A stretch of 64,000 bases of DNA, from assembly GCA_016203225.1 (NCBI GenBank), contig JACQNC010000003.1:2537-66536 (forward strand), read 5' to 3'. The notes beneath the pieces are model-generated. The model saw only the letters and a program-made list of their open reading frames with translations, was not told where the DNA came from and did not search any database. The stretch comes from Candidatus Woesearchaeota archaeon (lineage in GTDB: Archaea > Nanobdellota > Nanobdellia > Woesearchaeales > ARS49). Positions 1 through 8,085 of the stretch are shown piece by piece (position 1 is the stretch's first letter; every line of letters begins with the position of its first letter). The translations under genes and the position numbers were made by a program.

Positions 1-268
1 CGCGTTCCTGATCATAGTCGCCTTGGCCGCGATCGTCATCATCATCGCGTCCCTGCGCAAGATCCTGGAAGAGCACCACACAACGCTGTTCTCTGCGCTG
101 ATCCTCGGCGGCGCCGCAGGGAACCTCATCGACCGCATCGTCTACAAATCAGTTGTCGACTTCTTCGACTTCCACATCTGGCCCGCGTTCAACATCGCTG
201 ACGCGGCATTGACGATCGGCGTGCTGGGATTGATTTGGCTGGCGCTGATCGAGAAGAAGAAGTCTTAA
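1..268 (+). CDS. lspA: Lipoprotein signal peptidase (signal peptidase II), C-terminal part; 5' end outside window
   Basis: The frame of ORF 23..268 stays open to the window edge. Hydrophobic protein with LspA-like motifs [10 protein letters not shown] and [11 protein letters not shown]. Confidence 0.8.
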   Translation, partial: AFLIIVALAAIVIIIASLRKILEEHHTTLFSALILGGAAGNLIDRIVYKSVVDFFDFHIWPAFNIADAALTIGVLGLIWLALIEKKKS

Positions 269-705
269 CGGCGCTTCTTGCGCGAAGTCCTCGGCTTGCG
301 CGTCTTCCTTGCGGATCTCGGTGCAGGCTTCGGCACCGGCATGATGTTCTCGAGCTGCATCGGTTCACCATACGGTCGGACGTCGGACACTGCAGAGCGC
401 GTCGCGCAATACAGGAGTCCGAGAGTCATCCAGCCCAAAAGCAAGGCATATTCAAGGAACGCCTCGCGGATGACCCAGTAGACGAGCGTGCTGTCCGCTA
501 TGCTCGCCGCGAAGAAGAGCGTCCCGAGTCCCGCGGTCCAGGAGGCGCCTGAAGCTGTGGCGAATACCATGATCAACCCGATGACGGCGAGCGCGAATAT
601 CACCGCGAGCCCGAGCAGGATGTTGGCATCGAGCAACTGCTCCTGCCACAACAGGCCGAGCAGCGTGACCGCGACAAGAACGACTGCAGCACTGACATTC
701 CTCAT
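265..705 (-). CDS. Hypothetical multi-pass membrane protein with basic C-terminal tail
   Basis: 146-aa ORF with several hydrophobic helices and tail [13 protein letters not shown]. No family recognised. Confidence 0.5.
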   Translation of the reverse strand: MRNVSAAVVLVAVTLLGLLWQEQLLDANILLGLAVIFALAVIGLIMVFATASGASWTAGLGTLFFAASIADSTLVYWVIREAFLEYALLLGWMTLGLLYCATRSAVSDVRPYGEPMQLENIMPVPKPAPRSARKTRKPRTSRKKRR

Positions 706-792
706 ATTGATACCCCCTTCTTGACGGCAACGTGGCGCTCTTAAATAGTTTTCTATTCTCGAGTGGCGACAAAAGCAGGTATGCGTCTGTCT

Positions 793-895
793 ACGCGTCC
801 CGGGTTTTCTTACCCAGGCAGGTTTGACGTTCTTTCTTTACCAGAATCGATAGAAACGCGACAATCGTGGCAAAACTCATCACGCAGGGGAATGC
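793..895 (+). repeat. Intergenic palindromic repeat family, copy A (short form)
   Basis: CCCAGGCAGGTTTGACGTT (813-831) is identical to 19282-19300. Central GAATCGATAG, partner arm CGCGACAATCGTGGCA and outer CTCATCACGC are shared with copies C and D. Lies 10 nt beyond the aIF1A stop. Confidence 0.7.
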
Positions 896-905
896 TTACG
901 ATTTT

Positions 906-1256
906 CTAGAATTCGCTGACGTTCTCGAGCGCCTTCAAGAGACCCCTCTTGCGCAGGACTTCAGCCTGGTGAGGGCGGTACTTGAACACGACATCTCCCT
1001 TCGCGTCGCCGCCGAGCTCCCACGGCTCGATCAAAAGGACATCGCCGTCGCGCACCCACAACGAACGCTTCAGCCTGCCCGGGATGCGGCAGATACGCGT
1101 CTTGCCATCCAGGCATCGGACACGCAAGTGGCTGCCGCCCAGGCGCTGCTCGCACACGCCAAGGACCTGGCCCTCGCGCGGCATAGGCGTGCGGCGGACC
1201 TCTTCCTGCATCTGCAGCTGCTTCGCCTCTGCCTGTTCTTTTGGCGTCAAACCCAT
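906..1256 (-). CDS. eif1a: Translation initiation factor aIF-1A (S1/OB fold)
   Basis: 116 aa starting at internal Met of ORF 906..1328. Matches the aIF1A/eIF1A pattern ...VRCLDGKTRICRIPGRLKRSLWVRDGDVLLIEPWE... Confidence 0.9.
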   Translation of the reverse strand: MGLTPKEQAEAKQLQMQEEVRRTPMPREGQVLGVCEQRLGGSHLRVRCLDGKTRICRIPGRLKRSLWVRDGDVLLIEPWELGGDAKGDVVFKYRPHQAEVLRKRGLLKALENVSEF

Positions 1257-1376
1257 ACTCGAGACATTCAAGGGTCGCTTTATAAGGGTTGCGATGGAGT
1301 TGATTCTGGAATAGCTGAAATGCACCATCGCAAAGCATTTATTGCCCTGCCGTTCCCGCCAGATCGGGGTGTTCGT

Positions 1377-2828
1377 ATGGATTATGGAATTCGACTCGCA
1401 GAAATCGCGCTGAAGATCCGCGCAATCAAGTTGAGCCCGGACAAACCGTTCAAGTGGGCGTCGGGATTCTTCATGCCCATCTACAATGACAACCGTCTTC
1501 TGTTGTCCGACGCCGACTATCGGCGACTCGTCTCGGCAGGTTTCTCTGAACTCTTACACAGGAACAAGATCCATGCCGACATCATAGGGGGTACATCGAC
1601 CGCAGGAATCTCGCCAGGCACCACGCTCGCGGACCGGTGCGGACTCCCGTTCATCTACATCCGCGACAAGCCGAAGGACCACGGACTGCGCAACCAGATA
1701 GAGGGAATCGATGCCGAATCCTCGCTTGACGGAAAAGTGGTCATTATCGTGGAAGACCTCATCTCGACGGGCGGCAGTTCGCTCAAGGCCGTGCAAGCGA
1801 CGCGGAACGCCGGCGGCAAAGTCGGCCATATGCTTTCCATCTTCAATTACGGGTTGGATGAGGCAACCAAGCAGTTCGTGGACGCGGAATGCGCCGTCCA
1901 CTCCCTCTTGACCTATGATGTCCTGCTCGGCGTCGCGAAGAAACACGGCTACGCAAGCGCAGCCCAGCTCAAGATGCTGGAAGAATGGCGCAAGGACCCG
2001 TTCGGTTGGGGCGCCAAACACGGGTTCCCGAAAGGCGAACAGAAATCGTTCTCCCAGAAATGGCGCGAGGCCGTCGAGCGCAAGAACTCCATCCTGTGCG
2101 CAGGCCTCGACCCGGCAGAATACGGCCAACGGCCCGACACGTCCCTGCCGCATGGCGCGGACAAGCTCAAATGGTGCCTTGATTTCGTCGACGCGGTCGC
2201 GCCATTCTCGGCGGCGGTCAAGCCTAACAGGAACTACATCAAGGACCTGTCACGCGATGAGACCACCGAACTGGTCAGCAGGATCCACAAGCACGGGATG
2301 GTCGCGATCGACGACAGCAAACTCGCGGACATCGGCGAGACGAACGAGAGCGGATTCTACCACGCAGCGGGCGAAGGGTTCGACGCCGTGACGTTCGCGC
2401 CGTTCGCTGGCAACACCGCCGAGGCGGTCGCGCAGGCGCACGGCAAAGGACTCGGACTCATCCCGTTGGTGCTCATGTCCAACCCCCAGTTCGAGGTCAT
2501 GAAGAACGCCCGTATCCGCGGTCTGCGTGGATTCGAGTACTTCGCGTTCCAAGTTGCGGAATATGGCGCTGATGCCATCGTCATCGGCGCACCAAGCCCC
2601 ACGAACCACGTCAAGGACGAGGAAGTGCGTCGCGTGCGCGAGATCGTGGGCGACTGCACGGTCCTGATGCCCGGCGTCGGCGCGCAAGGCGGCGATGCGA
2701 AGTACATCCTGGATGTATTCGGTGGAAGGAACGTGATCGCGAACGTCGGCAGGGCCATCATGTACGCGCGGAATCCCGCGAAGGAAGCCGCCAAGTATCA
2801 GGGGATGCTGAACGCGTTGCGGAAGTGA
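1377..2828 (+). CDS. pyrEF: Fused orotate phosphoribosyltransferase / OMP decarboxylase (UMP-synthase-like PyrE-PyrF)
   Basis: The N-terminal ~190 aa carry the PRPP-binding loop VVIIVEDLISTGGS. The C-terminal ~280 aa carry OMPdecase motifs ILCAGLDP and DDSKLADIGETN. ATG 1377 is chosen because the upstream part of ORF 867..2828 overlaps aIF1A on the other strand. Confidence 0.85.
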   Translation: MDYGIRLAEIALKIRAIKLSPDKPFKWASGFFMPIYNDNRLLLSDADYRRLVSAGFSELLHRNKIHADIIGGTSTAGISPGTTLADRCGLPFIYIRDKPKDHGLRNQIEGIDAESSLDGKVVIIVEDLISTGGSSLKAVQATRNAGGKVGHMLSIFNYGLDEATKQFVDAECAVHSLLTYDVLLGVAKKHGYASAAQLKMLEEWRKDPFGWGAKHGFPKGEQKSFSQKWREAVERKNSILCAGLDPAEYGQRPDTSLPHGADKLKWCLDFVDAVAPFSAAVKPNRNYIKDLSRDETTELVSRIHKHGMVAIDDSKLADIGETNESGFYHAAGEGFDAVTFAPFAGNTAEAVAQAHGKGLGLIPLVLMSNPQFEVMKNARIRGLRGFEYFAFQVAEYGADAIVIGAPSPTNHVKDEEVRRVREIVGDCTVLMPGVGAQGGDAKYILDVFGGRNVIANVGRAIMYARNPAKEAAKYQGMLNALRK

Positions 2829-2868
2829 ACCACATACCTTTTTATATTCCCTTCTTTTGAAGGAGCGC

Positions 2869-3828
2869 ATGCCGAAAAGAGGTAGTGATGAGCGACCTTC
2901 TGTGCTCAGGACCATCCTGACCATAATCGGTATACTGTCAGGGCTGCTGTCCTTGCTGTTCTTCGGATTCCTTTTCTTCACGATATTCTCCGCGTTCTCG
3001 GAACCCACGACGTTCGCGGAAGGGAATGTCGCCGTGATCCCGATCATGGGCGTGATTTTGCCCGAGGCCGATGGCGGCGCGTTCTCGGAGGGCAGCGTCG
3101 CGAGCAGGGATATCGTGGACTGGATCGAGGAAGCCGAGGCCGACGATTCCATCCAGGCAGTCATATTCGATATCGACAGCCCCGGAGGCACACCCGTCGC
3201 GAGCGAGGAGATAATGATGGCGATCCGAGACATGGATAAACCGTCCGTCGCGTTGATCCGCGAGATCGGCGCGTCCGGCGCGTACTGGGCGGCGTCGGCC
3301 GCAGACAGCATCTTCGCGAGCAGGATCAGCTCCGTGGGCAGCATCGGAGTGCTCGCCAGCTACATCGAGTTCGCCGGCACGCTCGAACGCTACAACGCGA
3401 CGTACCGCTCGCTTACCGCGGGCGAGTTCAAGGACACCGGCACCCCGTTCAAGCGCCTAACCCCCGCGGAAGAGCGCATGTTCCAGGAACAGCTCGACGA
3501 GATCCACGCCTACTTCATCCAATCCGTGGCCGAGAACCGCGGTCTGCCCGAGGAGAAAGTCCGCCAGCTGGCGAACGGCTGGGTCTACACCGGCCAGGAA
3601 GCGTTAGAGTTCGGCCTCATCGACAGGATAGGCAGCGATAGCGACGTCATCGCGCACCTGCAAGAGCGGCTGAACGCCACCGTCGAGCTCGTGGAGTTCC
3701 GGGCGCCGCTCACGTTCTTCGATGAGATCCTCGGCGTGTTCCGCGAGTCGGCGTTCTTCGTCGGCAAAGGCATCGGAACGGCGTTGACGACTCCGCGGCT
3801 CGAGCAACGAGTCCGCATCACCACATGA
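2869..3828 (+). CDS. sppA: Signal peptide peptidase SppA (S49, 36K type)
   Basis: N-terminal TM helix and S49-like core IGASGAYWAASAADSIFASRISSVGSIGV. ATG 2869 is preceded by GGAG; an alternative TTG lies at 2857. Confidence 0.85.
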   Translation: MPKRGSDERPSVLRTILTIIGILSGLLSLLFFGFLFFTIFSAFSEPTTFAEGNVAVIPIMGVILPEADGGAFSEGSVASRDIVDWIEEAEADDSIQAVIFDIDSPGGTPVASEEIMMAIRDMDKPSVALIREIGASGAYWAASAADSIFASRISSVGSIGVLASYIEFAGTLERYNATYRSLTAGEFKDTGTPFKRLTPAEERMFQEQLDEIHAYFIQSVAENRGLPEEKVRQLANGWVYTGQEALEFGLIDRIGSDSDVIAHLQERLNATVELVEFRAPLTFFDEILGVFRESAFFVGKGIGTALTTPRLEQRVRITT

Positions 3829-4253
3829 AACGCATCCTTCTGTTGTTCGGTCTGCTGTTACTGGCGGGCTGCGCGCGCCACGTAGTCACTTTCGAGAACG
3901 CGCAAGGGAGTGCTGAGATCGAGGTCGAGATCGCGGACAGCGACGAGGAATTGCAGCGCGGACTGATGTTCCGCGACACTCTATCGTCCGACGCGGGGAT
4001 GCTGTTCGTTTTCCCGGACCTCAAACAGCGCACGTTCTGGATGAAGAACGTCCGCATCCCGCTGGACATGATCTTCGTCGACTCCAACAACAACGTGAAC
4101 GAGGTCAAGGCGAACCTGCCCCCGTGCAAGCAGGAACCATGCCTGGTCTACCCTAGCGAATACCCTGCGCAGTACGTGGTCGAGGTCAACGCAGGATTCG
4201 CGGCAGCGCACAACATCGGGCGCGGGACGAAGATGGCGTATTCGTTCGGCTGA
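3825..4253 (+). CDS. DUF192 family protein with lipobox signal peptide
   Basis: LLLLAGC lipobox and DUF192-like core DEELQRGLMFR...GMLFVF...FWMKNVRIPLDMIF. ATGA overlap with the sppA stop. Confidence 0.8.
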   Translation: MKRILLLFGLLLLAGCARHVVTFENAQGSAEIEVEIADSDEELQRGLMFRDTLSSDAGMLFVFPDLKQRTFWMKNVRIPLDMIFVDSNNNVNEVKANLPPCKQEPCLVYPSEYPAQYVVEVNAGFAAAHNIGRGTKMAYSFG

Positions 4254-4364
4254 GCGCGAAGCTCAGTTCTTGTGAAGTTCATAAGCCACGCGGGCTCTTC
4301 ACTCAGGAATCCTCTTAATCGCATATGTTAAAATCGATCGTGTTCAAGTTCTAAAAAGAAGCAA

Positions 4365-4685
4365 TCATCTCTTTTTCATCAATGATTTCAAGATGTGGTA
4401 GATGACCATCCCCGAAATTCCGCCGATCAATATACCCACAATAGAAAACAAGATGAACATAACCGGTATGAGCGCAATAATTCCTAAACCCACCTTTCCA
4501 GCATTTGTGGGAAACCATATCTTGAGAAGATAAATGGTGGAAATAATCACGCCCACGATCGCTCCACCAAGTCCCGCCAATAAGTTCTCACCGATCTTTT
4601 TAAGTGCTTGTCCGAACCCCATATTCCATAAGTTTATTGTGGAAATCATATAAACATATCGAGAGCGATACGTCCCATCTAGCAC
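4365..4685 (-). CDS. Small hypothetical membrane protein (AT-richer segment)
   Basis: 106-aa ORF with 2-3 TM helices. About 43% GC on a hand-counted line versus GC-rich neighbours. The start may be the internal MISTINLW. Confidence 0.45.
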   Translation of the reverse strand: MLDGTYRSRYVYMISTINLWNMGFGQALKKIGENLLAGLGGAIVGVIISTIYLLKIWFPTNAGKVGLGIIALIPVMFILFSIVGILIGGISGMVIYHILKSLMKKR

Positions 4686-4728
4686 TGCGCGCAGCGACTT
4701 CGCAGAAGTTCGCGATAGAAAGGCAAAC

Positions 4729-5430
4729 TCAATCAGTCTTCATCCCTTTCTTCGACATCCAGATCGGGATCTCGTAGCCGCCTTCTATCTTCGGGAACTT
4801 GACCACTCCTTCTTCCACAAGATCATTGATGTTGACTACGCCTGCCTTCTCGTCCGCGATCCTCGGGCAGGCCGTGTTGACCCAACAGTCGATGAACGGG
4901 AAGTTCTCCAATTCCGAGAAGTTGAGCGTGTCCGAGACGAAAACGAAATAGTTCTTGTCTTTGGTTTTCTTCAGCTCGATCGCGCGCTTGAAGTTCTTCT
5001 GACCGATCTTCATCGAGACGATGATGCCGACGTTCTTTGCGTTCAGGAATTTCAGGATGCTCCCCTTGCGGCGCTTGAGATACGCTTCGATGGTCTTCTG
5101 GCTCAGAAGCCCGAATTCCTTCGTGGCAGGATTGAAAACATACGTTGGCTTCTTCGTCCGCGTCGCGACCTGTATGGGATGAAACTCTCCCGAGCCCACG
5201 AAGAGGAAGCAATCGATCTTGTGCTGGATGTTCTCGGCGTTGTAGCTGTTGCAGCCAAGCACCTGGCCCGCGACGATGCTATCGGGCAATTGTGCTTGCA
5301 CCTTCTTGATCGCGTGCAGAAGCTGGATCGACGTGACGATGCCGACCTTCTTGCCCTTGAGACCATCGACCGCCTCTTTCGAGAGCGTCGGATCCTCATC
5401 TGATTTGGCATGGATGAAGAGGGTCTGCAT
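4729..5430 (-). CDS. dph2: Dph2-like 2-(3-amino-3-carboxypropyl)histidine synthase, short form (233 aa)
   Basis: Motifs QVLGCN, FVGSGEFHP and CWVNTACPRI match the second and third Dph2 domains. The N-terminal domain seems absent. Confidence 0.7.
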   Translation of the reverse strand: MQTLFIHAKSDEDPTLSKEAVDGLKGKKVGIVTSIQLLHAIKKVQAQLPDSIVAGQVLGCNSYNAENIQHKIDCFLFVGSGEFHPIQVATRTKKPTYVFNPATKEFGLLSQKTIEAYLKRRKGSILKFLNAKNVGIIVSMKIGQKNFKRAIELKKTKDKNYFVFVSDTLNFSELENFPFIDCWVNTACPRIADEKAGVVNINDLVEEGVVKFPKIEGGYEIPIWMSKKGMKTD

Positions 5431-5466
5431 GACGGATTCGCCTAGAATGGGCTTTAAAAAGGTTGC

Positions 5467-5790
5467 TTAGAATTCAATCACGAGTTTCTTGACATCCGGG
5501 TGGATGTATGCGTCACGGCCTTCCTTGATCTTGAGGTGCTCTGCGAGTTCTTTCGGGATCCTCACGGCCAACGAGTTTCCGGTGCGCGTGATCTTCGTCT
5601 TCCTACCAAGTCCCCAGATGCCCTTGGCTTTCGCCGCTGCCTCAATCGCGCTCACCACAGATTCCCCCAGGAAAAGTTCACCGCAATGAGTGCACTTTTC
5701 TCCTGAAAACAAGCCCAAATCAACTCCGAAGTAGACCTGATGCTCGCGCGCGGGCTTCAGTGTTCCTTTATCGCAAACAGGGCATTTCAT
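5467..5790 (-). CDS. Antitoxin-like protein: YgiT/MqsA-type zinc ribbon fused to AbrB/SpoVT domain
   Basis: CPVC...CTHC zinc ribbon, then the SpoVT/AbrB-like segment TRTGNSLAVRIPKELAEHLKIKEG. 4-nt overlap with the upstream DUF4258 gene. Confidence 0.7.
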   Translation of the reverse strand: MKCPVCDKGTLKPAREHQVYFGVDLGLFSGEKCTHCGELFLGESVVSAIEAAAKAKGIWGLGRKTKITRTGNSLAVRIPKELAEHLKIKEGRDAYIHPDVKKLVIEF

Positions 5791-6014
5791 GGGTACGGTT
5801 GGACGGTGATGATGTAATGCTCATTGTCGATTATCCTATAGACGACACTGAAATAAGCGAACACCGCGACATACTTGTCGGGAGCTTGCTTGAATGTGCT
5901 TCCGCGACGGATGGCGCGCTTGACCTCCTCGAGGCAGATGCCCCTCGCGACCATCTGTTCCGCAGCATGCGCGGTGAAGCGGACCTTCACTCTCGCGCCT
6001 CCTTGTAAGTACAT
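5787..6014 (-). CDS. DUF4258-like toxin
   Basis: 75 aa with a VRFTAHAAEQMVARGICLEEVKRAI pattern typical of DUF4258. Operonic with the antitoxin-like gene. Confidence 0.6.
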   Translation of the reverse strand: MYLQGGARVKVRFTAHAAEQMVARGICLEEVKRAIRRGSTFKQAPDKYVAVFAYFSVVYRIIDNEHYIITVQPYP

Positions 6015-6094
6015 GTACTACTTAATAGTTTCCATCGCATACAGGGAATGCACGCGACATTTTTTAAGTGCGTTGCGCAGAAAAAAGCGGAAGG

Positions 6095-6113
6095 CTTCCG
6101 AACATTTCGGAAG
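6095..6113. promoter_or_regulatory. Perfect 8-3-8 palindrome CTTCCGAA-CAT-TTCGGAAG within a TTCCG-rich block (6087-6142)
   Basis: Read directly from the sequence. Lies between the wHTH gene end (6145) and the TA operon start (6014). Related motifs occur at four other intergenic loci. Confidence 0.5.
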
Positions 6114-6144
6114 AATCACGGAAAAAGACGGAAGTATTCCGGGA

Positions 6145-6420
6145 TCAGAGTCCGAACGCTTCGGTCAATTCCTTGACCTTCTTGTATTCCTCTAAGAATT
6201 TCAGGCCTTGATCCGTGATCATGTACATGCTGCGTTCGTCCTCGTTGACCTCTGCCATCATCAACCCCTTCTGCTGGAGGTCCTCGACATAGCCCTTCAT
6301 GCGCTTGTGCGAGAGGTTGGATTTGTACAGAAGATGAGTCGGCTTTATCCTTCCACCCTTGTCCTGGATGGACTTCAGGATGTCGTACACGATCTCCAGA
6401 TGACTGCGTCTATCCGCCAT
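6145..6420 (-). CDS. Small winged-helix DNA-binding protein
   Basis: 91 aa. The pattern ILKSIQDKGGRIKPTHLLYKSNLSHKRMKGYVEDLQQKGLM resembles archaeal wHTH (HTH_45-like) proteins. Confidence 0.65.
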   Translation of the reverse strand: MADRRSHLEIVYDILKSIQDKGGRIKPTHLLYKSNLSHKRMKGYVEDLQQKGLMMAEVNEDERSMYMITDQGLKFLEEYKKVKELTEAFGL

Positions 6421-6423
6421 AAC

Positions 6424-7101
6424 TCACTTCGTGTACACCCTTACTATCATGCTGAGAAGGATCACGTAGGCGACGAGCCTGAACAGGTACGCTCCCACGA
6501 CGAGCGGACGGTACCAGTCCGCCGCGATGAACGCGATGAACTCCAGCACCATGAGCGCGAACGCGATGAACGTGAGCAACGTCGCAGAGCTACGCCGCGC
6601 GAGATAGTTGTCACGATACTGCCATGCGATGAACGAAAGCAGCGCGAGGGACACGAGATAGAACACGAGCGCGGACACACCGAAAGCGGAAGCCGCGAAA
6701 AGTATCATGAAGATGCTCAACAGGAAGACCAGTCTCTTGTTCGTGATGCGCATGCTGAGCGCGAGCAGGATGACGTAGGCGAACAGCACGAAGAGGAAAT
6801 ACACGAACCGTCCCATGCTGAATATGTCCTCGATCGTGTCCTTTGCCTGCGTGATATCTGTCCCTATCGCCACTCCCGAGACCTGCCCGAGCACGACGCC
6901 TGTCGTGATGGCGCGCGCGATGAAAGAGAGCGTGATGAGCAGGAATGCCAGGCTGAAGTAGAAATACTTGGATTCGCGCGTGAGCTTGAACGCCTTGTAG
7001 CCTACGATGGTGATCAGGACAGCGGCGAGTATGCTGAACACTTCCAGGATTATATCGATGCCGTGGAACCACAGCGGACTATAGACAAGTGTGACTGCCA
7101 T
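6424..7101 (-). CDS. Hypothetical polytopic membrane protein
   Basis: 225 aa with ~7 hydrophobic helices, ending 4 nt upstream of the wHTH gene start. CTTATAAAG TATA-like box ~35 nt upstream. Confidence 0.65.
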   Translation of the reverse strand: MAVTLVYSPLWFHGIDIILEVFSILAAVLITIVGYKAFKLTRESKYFYFSLAFLLITLSFIARAITTGVVLGQVSGVAIGTDITQAKDTIEDIFSMGRFVYFLFVLFAYVILLALSMRITNKRLVFLLSIFMILFAASAFGVSALVFYLVSLALLSFIAWQYRDNYLARRSSATLLTFIAFALMVLEFIAFIAADWYRPLVVGAYLFRLVAYVILLSMIVRVYTK

Positions 7102-7154
7102 CCAACCACCTAGTAGTCACCGACCAATGAAGCCCTTTATAAGCTTTGCGAATG

Positions 7155-7445
7155 TCTTGGCTGGATTCCTCCTGCAGAAGGCATTAATAAACGGTCCGGT
7201 ACGGTAGAGACATCAAATCGGAGGTGATATCCAATCGCAAAAGTCCGACGCCAAGACGCAATCGTAGCGAACCAGCATGACCCGGAATGGCGGGAGGTAT
7301 TCGGAGATGCCATCGCGGAAGATGACTGGGTTGTTGGCGGCTGATACTCACGACACACATCTTACCTCAGACATGGAGGTGAGGCACTCCACTCCAGGGC
7401 GGAAACGCCCGGAGTTATGATCACAACTCCTCCTTTGGGCTTTTT
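7155..7445 (+). ncRNA. Candidate structured ncRNA (possibly a reduced RNase P-like RNA); identity unverified
   Basis: ~290-nt gap without a credible ORF. Hairpins at 7163-7232, 7271-7334, 7361-7384 and 7392-7414 (GAAA tetraloop). AAAGUCC (7240-7246) can pair with GGGCUU (7437-7442). Followed by a T-run at 7441-7453. Confidence 0.35.
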
Positions 7446-7497
7446 ATTTTTTTCATTTCCGAAACTTTCTTATTGACTAACCGCAAACAATGAACGC

Positions 7498-8085
7498 ATG
7501 AACTTCCTGGTTCGCTGGATGGCAGGACTGTTGATCCCCGTGATCGTCCTCGGTGCGGCAGGCTACTACTTCATCAAGGATCTCGACCGCGCGAGCCTGG
7601 AACGGTTCGAGCTTGACGGCATCTCCGGGGTCACGACGAACTCGTTCACGTTCTCGGGAAACCTGGTCGTGAAGAACCCCAGCAAAGCGCCCATCCCGAT
7701 ACAGACCATCACGTACGATGTGATCCTCCAGGAGACCGGCGAGACTATCTCCTCAGGGACGTTGCCGTCGTTCTTGCTTTCTCCCGGCTCGAACACGATC
7801 CCGTTCGAGCAGCGTGTGAACTGGGTGCCGACAGCGACCCTTGCGGCGCAGCTCGTGACAGAAGACCACGTCTACGCGGTCGTGCAGGGCAGGATCAGGA
7901 TCGATCTGCCTCAGATCGACCAGTACGAGATCCCATTCAAGAAGACTGTCGACATCAAGCAGTACATCCTCCCGTTCGCGAAAGCGCCCTTACCGCTTGA
8001 GACGCTATCTGACGAAGTCGATACAGTCACGCCTGCATCTGACAAGGGCATCCTGCCCGATGTGCCGTTGGACGTCCTTCCTTAG
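7498..8085 (+). CDS. LEA_2 / LEA14-like (water-stress/hypersensitive response domain) membrane-anchored protein
   Basis: N-terminal TM helix followed by a beta-rich domain resembling LEA type 2. 195 aa. Confidence 0.6.
   Translation: MNFLVRWMAGLLIPVIVLGAAGYYFIKDLDRASLERFELDGISGVTTNSFTFSGNLVVKNPSKAPIPIQTITYDVILQETGETISSGTLPSFLLSPGSNTIPFEQRVNWVPTATLAAQLVTEDHVYAVVQGRIRIDLPQIDQYEIPFKKTVDIKQYILPFAKAPLPLETLSDEVDTVTPASDKGILPDVPLDVLP

Noticed and set aside
867-1376. 5' part of the 653-aa ORF 867..2828 (MAKLITQGN...)
   Set aside because: It overlaps the well-supported aIF-1A gene on the opposite strand and repeat copy A. The OPRTase homology only begins at Met 1377.
2250-3344. 364-aa minus-strand ORF
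   Set aside because: It is antisense to the pyrEF and sppA genes, both of which have clear family motifs. Long antisense ORFs are expected in GC-rich DNA.
6208-7113. 301-aa plus-strand ORF rich in D/E/R/H
   Set aside because: It is the antisense shadow of the polytopic membrane protein gene 6424..7101 and the wHTH gene. It has a low-complexity charged composition and no family.
7137-7358. 73-aa minus-strand ORF in the 7.1-7.5 kb gap
   Set aside because: It has no start context, an odd Ser/Arg/Trp-rich composition and no family. The region is better explained as structured non-coding sequence.
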